From the NCBI RefSeq assembly GCF_006345805.1, contig NC_043006.1, positions 11,284,001 through 11,348,000 of the forward strand: DNA of 64,000 nucleotides, read 5' to 3'. Below the pieces are notes generated by a model that made no database searches, was not told the DNA's origin, and saw only the letters and a list, made by a program, of their open reading frames with translations. A program made the translations under genes and the position numbers. Shown piece by piece: positions 50,597-61,326 of this stretch (position 1 is the first letter of the stretch; each line of letters opens with the position of its first letter). The stretch is from Octopus sinensis (Eukaryota).

Positions 50597-51513
50597 TATA
50601 CAGGGATGGGGGAGGGCTGAAATGTTCCTGGCTTTAAGGGTATCGCAAAAGGCCTGGTTGGAGGCCTTCCAAGTTCTTATACACCATTGCAATAAATGTA
50701 TAAATGTATAAATCTGAGACGGGAATATGTTGATCAAAATCATAATTCAACTGGTGCTCCTGTATTTTCTTTTGCCCCAAAGTCAGGAACTCTTCAGCAC
50801 ACCCTCATATATTGTTGAGGCACGTGGTTTTGTGGTTGGGGTGTTGGACTCATGACCATAAGATTGTGGTTTCAAATCCTGTACCCCACAATGCATTGTG
50901 TTCTTGAGCAAAACACTTCATTTCACATCCCTAAAGTGTGCTTGGCTGAATAAAACTGAGTAACCCTGCGACAGATCAGTGTCCCATCCAGGGAGGACTA
51001 TATAAACTGCTGATGCTCATTTACAACTATCACATGATGCCAAGACGAGAAAACACACAAACACACACATAACACACACATATCGCTCAACACCTTTCAT
51101 CCCCACATATATATACACAACAGGCTTCTTTCTGTTTCCAGTCTACCAAATTCATTCACAGGCTTTTGGTCGGCACTGGGCAATAGTACAAGATTCTTGC
51201 CCAAGATACCATATAGTAGACTTGAACTCAAAACCATGTGGTTGGTAGTTGGAAAGCAAGGTTCTTAACCACACAGCCACAACTGCACCTATATGTGTGA
51301 GTGTGTGTATATATAGGGAGAGTTTACAGGAAAAAAACAAAAGACAAAGACAGGTGGTGTAGAAAACAAACAGATGTATTAGTATAACGCCCAGGAATAG
51401 AAAAAGTCTTTTACATTTCGAGCCTACGCTCTTATACAGAAAGGGACACAGAAAAAAAAATGTGTGTAGTGGCTAACGATCTATCATGGCGACTGAGTGT
51501 ATATATGTATGTA

Positions 51514-51544
<31 letters not shown>

Positions 51545-52362
51545 GTCATTGGACTCTATACGAAAACAAAAAAATTAAACTCTCTCCCACACGGACATGA
51601 AGAAACGTAGATATCGAGATTTAACAAATAACCTATAAAAACATTAATGAGGTTGGGTTATCTCCCATGGACCAGAGTATTAAAAAAAAGACTGAAATAG
51701 CCCAACCAGCAAACGGGGGATCCAATTTTCTTGTAGGTAGTACTTGAAATGGATACATTTAGAGAAAACTTTTTTACGACTATGCCAGGTTTAGCATATC
51801 ATCATCATCATCGTTTAACGTCCGCTTTCCATGCTAGCATGGGTTGGACGGTTCAACCGGGGTCTGGGAAGCCAGGAGGCTGCTCCAGGTTCCAGTCTGA
51901 TGTGGCAGAGTTTCTACATGCCCTTCTTAATGCCAACCACTGAGAGTGTAGTGGGTGCTTTTTACGTGCCACCGGCTCAGGTGCCAGGGGAGGCTGGCAA
52001 CGGCCATGATCAGTTGGTGCTTTTTACGTGCCACTGACACAGAGGCCAGTCAAGGAGGCGCTGGCATCGACCACGTACGGATGGTGCTTTTTACGTGCCA
52101 CCGGCACACGTATCACAACTACAATTTCCATTTGATTCCTTAACAATTTTAATTCTTTCTGCAATGTAGATTTTGCATCAGCCACTCCCATTAATGTATG
52201 GGCCTGGATGATCTATTGATTTCCACCTGATATCACATGGGGTCCCTTAAACTTGAGGTACCTCACATATTTTGTAGTTAAAAAGAATTAGCTGTCTTTG
52301 GCTGCTATTTCTAAATTTTCGGTATATGGTGAAGCAACTTGTTCTAAACCCTAAATTATATT

Positions 52363-52403
<41 letters not shown>

Positions 52404-53473
52404 TATATATATAATATATATATATATAATAATTAATTGAGGGAATATTAATCCTAACTTACAGGGAAAAAATTCAAGTTAGAAATACTAAATCAAATTT
52501 CACACAATATAATATATATATATATAAAAAATTAGAAAAAAACCCCACCTTTTATCAATTCAAAATGAACAATTAAATTACACCCTCTAGAAAATTACAT
52601 ATAATAGAAATATTAAAATTAAAATAACAATAAAATACCAATGATTATGTAAATTGCAAAAAATTAATAAAAACGTATATAATTGGTAGAATAATGACAC
52701 GTGTTAATCATTGGTATTTTATAGCTATTTTAAGTTTAATATTTCTATTATATGTAATTTTCTAGATGGTGTAATTTAATTGTTCATTTTCAATTGATAA
52801 AAGGTGGTTTTTTACTAATTATCTCTATATATATATATATGTAATGTCAACCTTATGGAAGAGATAATATAAAATAGAATATTCCCACTTACTTCTTTCA
52901 CAAATTGGTTTCCTTGTGCTTTAAGCTGCTCAAACTCCTCTTCCTTAGACAATGTTTTCTGGGTGTTCACAGGAGTTACAGTTGCTTTCTCAACATTAGG
53001 GGTCTGTGTTTTGTTGGATTTCCCAGTTTCATTCTTGTTCGGTTTCTCAGCTCCTTTCTTGTTGCCCCCTGTTTTTACAGGGGCAGCAGATGGTTTTGAA
53101 GACTCTGTGGTGCCATCTGAATCTGAAAGCTGTTTGATAACTGGAATGTCTGAGGGCTTAATTGGATATATGTCAGGTAATTTATTCCGCCAAGAGTAAC
53201 CGTGTTGCTGAATCAAGATTTGGGAGCATCTTTGAAATAAGAGGAGAAACAAAAACTAAAATCTGTAATCCCTGTTTCAAATGGTTTGCAGAAATAGGTA
53301 CGGAAACGTCACCAATGCATACGAGAGAACAAACAAAAATATCACTAGTCTCAGGTGTAGTAAAAGAAATAAATTCTACCACACTTAACTATGTCTGTCC
53401 CAGATTCTTATAAGCTACCCTATCTCCCCTCTGCCCATCCATTCTTTGACTTCCCTTGTCAACTGTATCATTA

Positions 53474-53514
<41 letters not shown>

Positions 53515-56500
53515 GGCAAAATGTCCTCAAACATATAACATATCTCTCTCTATATAAACGGCAAAATGTCTGTGTGTGTGTCCTTTATACAAATCCACAA
53601 TTTTTCACTTAGAGGGCACACACTTTCTATGGTCATTCAAAACCATCCAAGGGTGGTCGTGCATATCCTTACATTTCCCCAGTCACCCCGCAAAGCCATT
53701 AAAAAGTCAATAGAAGTGACGCTTTTGTGAATTTTCTATCCAAAACCCAGTCAAAATACCCGAAACTCGATACGCCAATTGAATGCCAGCTAGCTGTATG
53801 TGATTGGTCAGAGATTTGGACAGTACTTGCGTGTATGTGCACACGCACGCAGCTGTATATGCATGCACTAGCACTATGTGCTAGTTATTACTATAATTAT
53901 TATTACTAGTGGGACCTGAGAATATTTCAAAGAATTAATGGTAAACCAATTAGGTTATTTCTGAAAACCTTATCCAAAAAACCTGAAAACATAACCTGTG
54001 TTGTGTCTCTATGGAAAGACAGTCGCTCACCTGCTAATCATTGAAAAGTGAAAGAAATTGGAATACAATGACTACTTAATGCACTTTAAATATATATATA
54101 CTTTATGCACGATTTTATAGACTTAATACACAGCACTCATAAAATAAATATTCACTCTTATAGATTTACCAATGATTCGATGATGTAGGTTGGTAATAAG
54201 GAAGAATTTGTGGGATATTGGTCAGAGCAGGTAGTGCTACTGTAAATACAGGTGAGGAACTAGAGAAACCTTACTGATTGAACCGGAAACACCTGGTAAT
54301 GTTCCACGGTCATGATACCTGACCCCAAGACATAAACAGGTTGATCTAAATCTGTGGATATAGAACTTTTTTTTCAGAAAGGGGGAGGGTACATAAATTT
54401 CATAAAAGAAACTTAATGGCCAACCAAATATAAACTTATTTTCAAATGCATTATTCAACATAGTAGAAGATAAAAACTGACAGTGGACCACCAAAACTTT
54501 GGAACTGACCATTGGTGGTCAGTCTGGACTATGTTAAAAATTTCTAACATAAAGGTTACTCCCAACATTGTCAGTTGAAAGGTATATCTGCCTTCAGTGA
54601 GGAATGCCATGGGTCATGCACTTGACTAGATCTTAGAGAATGTAGAGGAGAGACAGAATGTTAGGATGGGGGAGAAACTTTGGATGCCAGTTGACCAATT
54701 GTGAAACTGACCAGTGAAAGACTTGGTGGATCGGTTGATAAACTTTGTAATTTCATTCTATAGCAATTACCTCCCTTTAAGTACCAAAAGTACCAATTTA
54801 AGTACCAATCCAACTTAAGTACCAAAGTATTGAAGGGTGGCTCAATATATATTTCTTTACTGCCCACGAGGGGCTAAACAAGGACAGGCAAAGGGATTGA
54901 GTCGATTACATCGACCCCAGTGTGAAACTGGTACTTTATTTATCGACCCCGAAAGGATGAAAGGCAAAGTCAACCTCGGCAGAATTTGAACCCAGAACGT
55001 AACGACAGACGAAATACCGCTAAGCATTTCGCCTGACGCGCTAACATTTCTGCCAGCTCACCGCCTCTTTAACGGATTAAGTCGATTATATTGACCCCAG
55101 TGCGTAACTAGTACTCAATTTATCGACCCCGAAAGGATGAAAGGCAAAGTCGACCTCGGCAGAATTTGAACTCAGAACGTAACGACAGACGAAATACGGC
55201 TGCGTATTTCGCCCGGCATGCTAACGTTTTTGCCAGCTCGCCGCCTTTATGGGTAGCTCAATATAATCAACTAAACACCATTAAAGGTGAAGCCCCAGCA
55301 TAGCCACAACCCAATGATTGAAAAAAAAAAAAAAGAATTAAAGAATATAAGAATAAAATACTTTCATACAAACCTTGATGAACCTTGCAGAGCACTTTCC
55401 ACTGAGTTATTGATTGCTAACACATGTCTATAATCAACATAAGCCAGATCATATCTAAAAAATAAACATCATAAACAAAAGGATCAGATGAATTTCAACA
55501 GAACCACCAACGGATTACAACAGGTATTTGTACAATATCAACCCTGTTTTTAATAATCTACTAATTACAGTCTCTGCTACTAATGAATTGAGGCAATATT
55601 GGTCACAGATTTTGGCACAAGGTCAGCCAGTTCAGAAGAAGGGTTAAGTCGATTGCATCGACCCCAGTGCTCAACTTGTGGAGGCGCATGGCATAGTGAT
55701 TAGAGCGTTAGACTTACGATCGTAAGATTGTGGTTTCAATTCTTGGACCGGGTGATGCATTGTGCTCTTGACCAAAGCACTTCATTTCACGTTGCTCCAG
55801 TCCACTCAGGTGGGGAATGTATATGCCATGGATACTGGGAAATCAGCCCTTATCAGTCGCCATGACTTGAGAAAGATGAAAGGCAAAGTCGACCCTGGTG
55901 GAAACTGACCTAACAGCGTAAAGACGGACAAAATGCTGCTAAACATTTTACCGCCTTAGCATCGAGGCAATTAGTCTTACTTCACACTTATTGGTGAAAG
56001 TTCTATGATCCACTGAATCAGTCGGGGTAACACCACCGAATGGGTCTTTTTATGTATGAACTAACAAAGAACCCCCTATACAGTTTCTCCATCTGCTTAA
56101 AATAATAGCCAAATGCCTGTCAATTCACACCTAATGATATTAGAACAGGAACAATCATCATCATCATCATCATAATCATTTAACATCCGCTTTCCATGCT
56201 AGCATGGGCTGGACGATTTTGACTGAGGGCTGAAGGACCAGATGGCCACACCAGGCTCCAATCTTGATCTGGCAGAGTTTCTACAGCTGGATGCCCTTCC
56301 TAACGCCAACCACTCCGAGAGTGTAGTGGGTGCTTTTTACGTGCCACCAGCACGGGGGCCAGTCAGGCGGTACTGGCAACGACCTCGCTCGAATCTTTTA
56401 CATAATGCCACCGGCACAGGTGCCAGTAAGGCGATGCTGGTAACGATCACGCTCCAATGGTGTCTTTTACTTGCCAACGGCACGGAGGCCAGATAGCCAC

Positions 56501-59500
56501 TCCGGCAATGATCACGCTCGGATGGTGCTCTTTAAGGTGACGCTGGTAATGATCACTTTATCTTTGATAATATGGTCTAGGATGAATTGTGGCTGAGACA
56601 AAATAAGGTTAGTCACAGCTGGAATGTCTTTGATCAGAGGCCTGATCCAAAACGAAAATCCATTCCTTCAAAACACAATAAACCTTTACCATTTCAAACT
56701 CTAAATTAATCACACCAAATTAATTGCCAATCAGAGCAGGTGGCCTCCACACACTCAGAACAGCACCATCCTTTCATCTACCATCATTTCACATCACATA
56801 TCTACACAAGTCCAGGAAGTCGCCGACTTAGTTGCTCAACCTGCTAGAAATAGCAACCAAAATCTCCCTCAAATCTTTCACCTGCTGCTTTTGGAAAGAA
56901 AATTACTTAGGATAATGATGTCCTGGATAGAGTATTTGAATAAAACGAGGTGGTCATGGCTGTAATGTCAGAGCTGACAACAACAGAGTTAAACAACAAT
57001 CACTAATTCATAAATTCAGAAGGTAAAACTCTCCCAGTTCACCCACAACACCACATTAAAAAAAAGTCAATGGGAAAATCTTACTTTTCAAGGGTTTCAT
57101 AAGCAGCGGCTCGACGTAGTAAGGGCTTCACACAAAACGGAACCAATTGCAAAGATGTGGTGCAATCTGAAATACTGTTGCGACATTGACCCATCTTCAA
57201 GGAACAAGCAGCTCGATTACTGTAGATCAGGGACAGATTAACTGTCTGATCAATGCTTTCTGGAAAAACAAAAAAAAAACAAAGAATTAAACCCTGCGGC
57301 ATTCAGATTACTCTCTCAACATATATTTATTCACGTTAGCTACTTAGAAAAATCTCTATGAGAGATGAAGGCAGCAACTGTAATGAGAAGTGATGGTTAT
57401 TGCCACATCAATATGGTTGTTCAACGTTAGTCTTTTACTCTTTTACTTGTTTCAGTCAGTTTGACTGTGGCCATGCTGGAGCACCGCCTTTAGTCGAGCA
57501 AATCGACCCCGGGACTTATTCTTTGTAAGCCTAGTACTTATTCTATCGGTCTCTTTTGCAGAACCGCTAAGTGACGGGGACGTAAACACATCAGCATCGG
57601 TTATCAAGCGATGTTAGGGGAACAAACACAGAGGCACACTCATATACATACAAATATATATATACATAATCAAAATCCCCCCATGGATTTAAATGGATAA
57701 CACCGTACAAAATTCTGGTGCATCTGACTTGAATACCATATTCATTTGAATCTATATATATACATATATATACGATGGGCTTCTTTCAGTTGCCGTCTTC
57801 CAAATCCACTCACAAGGCTTTGGTCAGCCCGAGGTTATAAAATAAGGCACTTGCCCAAGATGCCACACAGTGGGACTGAACCTGGAACCATGTGGTTCGT
57901 AAGCAAGCTACTTACCACACAGCCACTCCTACACCTATCTTATTACTACTAATCTTTTACATTATCTTGGAACTTAAACGTAAATCTTTGAAGAAAGGTT
58001 AAATTATTTGGAATGACCTAAGCTCTGGTTCAAAGGACAGGACTTAAATGATGTATTTAGAGGGAGATTTTAAGATTGGTCTTTCTTCTAGTTCCTGGGA
58101 CAAATTTCTAAGGTTAGCTATTGCTATGTTTTAAGCTAAATTTTTGCAAATGTGTGTATATACTGTATATATCATCATCGTCAACATTTAACATCCGCTT
58201 TCCATGCTGGCATGTGTTGGACAATTTGACTGAGGACTGGCAAGCCAGATGGCTGCGCAGGCTCCAATCTGATCTGGCATTGTTTCTACAGCTGTATGCC
58301 CTCCCTAAAGCAAACCACTCCGAGAGTTTAGTGGGTGCTTTTACATGCCACCGGCACGAGGGCCAGTCTGGCAGTACTGGCAATGGCCACGCTCAAATGG
58401 TGTTTTTTACGTGCCACCTGCACAGGAGTTAGTCCAGCAGCACTGGCAACGACCTCGCTCGAATGTTTTGTTAACGTGCCAGTAAGGCAACGCAGGTAAC
58501 AATCACACTCAAGGGTTTACACTAATACTTACAGGCATACACAAAATAAATGTATTTCTTTCTCTCTCTCTCTCTGCAAGTGTGAGTGCATGTGTACTTG
58601 TGTCATTTTGTGTTGATGCCTATATGAACAAATAGTCAGCCCAATACCACAGATTTGCTTGTCAATTTCTTGACCATAACCAGTTGAGCATGTCCCTTAG
58701 AGGCTGATAATATGTGCATCTCCGATGATGAGCAGGAGTAGTGGGGGGAGCATGATAGCCACGTGTTGAGAGGTATTCTTTGGGGTTTGAATAAATGTTA
58801 CAAAAGCAAAGTTTGAAGGAAATATTAGCCATTTATCACACTTTCTAGGGGTCAGCAAATAGGAAATAACAGTCGCTACTCATGCCGGTGGCATGTGTAA
58901 AAAGATTCGAGCAAGGTCGTTGCAGTACTGCCTGACTGGTCCCCGTAACAGTGGCACGTAAAAGCACCCACTACACTCTCGAAGTAATTTTATTCAACTG
59001 AATACACGTCATTGATTGGTTGAAATTACCGAAAAACGACAACTTTAACAAGAAATAACTTCCAAAATACAGAATTTTCTCAACAACGCCAAGAGTAAAA
59101 GATGTTTTATGTGACACATTCTACCAGTATACGAAATTTGAAAGTGTTTAGTTACAAAAAATTATTTTTTAAATCTGTCGGTCAAAATGTAAAAATCCAG
59201 GGTTAAACAATATCACCAGTCTAATAGAAATTACTAAATACTAATTACTAATACTAATACGAAATACTAATACTAAATACTAATTACTAATACTAATACT
59301 AATACTAATTATTAATACTAAATACTAATACTAAATACTAATTACTAAATACTAAAATAATAGAAACATCAATGATAAACACAGAAACAATTTTTTCATA
59401 AAAATATTTTATATTGATGCTAAATAATGACAGAAGAATGCTTGCAGCTTACCTTGTTCTAGAAGGTCTATAGCTTTGGTATAATAATCCAGAGCCTCAG

Positions 59501-61004
59501 AATAGCGTCCTCTCAGAAACAAATCATTACCAGAGTCTTTCATAGACAAGATTTTGGGACTCAATGGCCGATGCATGTAGACTTTGGGACTGTGTTCGTT
59601 CAAGCTTGGCGGTTTTGCCTCTACATCCTCTTCTGTCTGACTATCACAGTGTTGGGAGGAACTGTCTTTTAGTTCATTGGAAGTATTTTGGTCGTTGACC
59701 AAGTTATTAGCAACACCATCACCAGATGCTCTCACATCTGTTACGTTCTTATCAGCCTCTTTCAAGCAGTTATTGCTCACATCATTCCCAGACGTCTGTT
59801 TACCATCTTCGGCACCCACTTTGGAATCAAGTTTATTCTTGAGATTCTTTCTTTGCTTTGACTCTTTCCCATTGCATTTCGCCAAACCTTGCTTGCCACC
59901 TTCAGAATTCTTTTTAGAGCTTTCTTGCACTTTCTCGCATTTTTCGGGGCTTTCTTCTTTAGCATCTTTGCCATTTTGAAAGTTATTTGTCAAGAAGTTT
60001 CTATTAATATCTGGGGACACTTCTTCTTCATTTCCTTCAATTTCCTCAATCACTAATTTCCTTCCCTTTTTCTTGCTGGGGGTAGGGGTTTCTTTCTCTT
60101 TCAGAGAAGCTTCAGAATTCTTTTCTACCACACTTAAAATTTGCTGCAAGGAAAAAACAAAAATGCAAGAAGGGGGTAACAAATAATATATATAAAATAC
60201 ATACATGACTATTGTTATATTTAGGAATGGTCATTTTGCCAGTTTAGCCAATAAAAACACACACACTATATATTTGGTGTTACTTTGCTTCAGTGTTATT
60301 TATTTTTTACATTAATCTTAATCTTATTTCGGCCAGAGTTCTTTCATCATACTTCTGTGACCTCATCAGTGGTCCTTTGCTTTCTTCTTTCTTATTTGTG
60401 TGTCTCTCCTTACTAACAGTCAGTCATTTTGTATTTTGTATTCCTATTGTATGTGTCTTCATTTGCGCATGCGTATACCTCTATGTGTGTCTATGTTTAG
60501 TTAGTGTGGGGGGGGAGTGCCTGTAATATTTGTATCTCCTGTTTATACATGTTCGTGTAATCTGTTTTTGTTTATTTTTATTTTGTTCATGTGTTTACAC
60601 CTACTTATTATTATTATTATTATTATTTTGTTTGTTGTTTTTTTTGTTTTTTGTTGTATTTAATTAATTTTTTTTTTAAATGTATATAGTTATTTACTTC
60701 CATTTGTTTATTTATCTGTGTATTTTATTATATTTTTTATGTTTTGTTTATATTGTTATCAGTTTATGGGGATCTTTTTCTGTCATATGCTGTGGTGTGT
60801 GCTAGTGTTCCATTCCAGTTTCCAATTCAGGCTAGGTTTATCTTCTATTATGTGTGTAGCTTCCGTAATTTGTCTAATTGCTGCGTCTGTTCTATGTGTG
60901 GACAAGATTTTAACTTCTATGATGTTGAGTGAGCCCCGTGTTCCTGCTCGGCGTGTTGATACAGAACCAATGAGCTCTGTACGACTCTCCATCGTGTAAG
61001 TGGA

Positions 61005-61035
<31 letters not shown>

Positions 61036-61290
61036 AAAGACTGCACAGCAATCTAACACAGGTAAACCATGAACTTAAATTAATATTGATAAGAAAATGA
61101 ATTTTGAAAAACAATATTTTATTGTATTCACTTTTGATTAAATTATTCATCTACAAAACAGGATTTTGGCAAAAAATATATCATATTCACAGTACAACTG
61201 AATTAATTTAACTCAAATGACGCTAAAAAAAATCTTTGTGTGTGTGTGTGTGTGTGTGTACACACGTGCATGTATGTGTGTGTGTATGCA

Positions 61291-61326
<36 letters not shown>

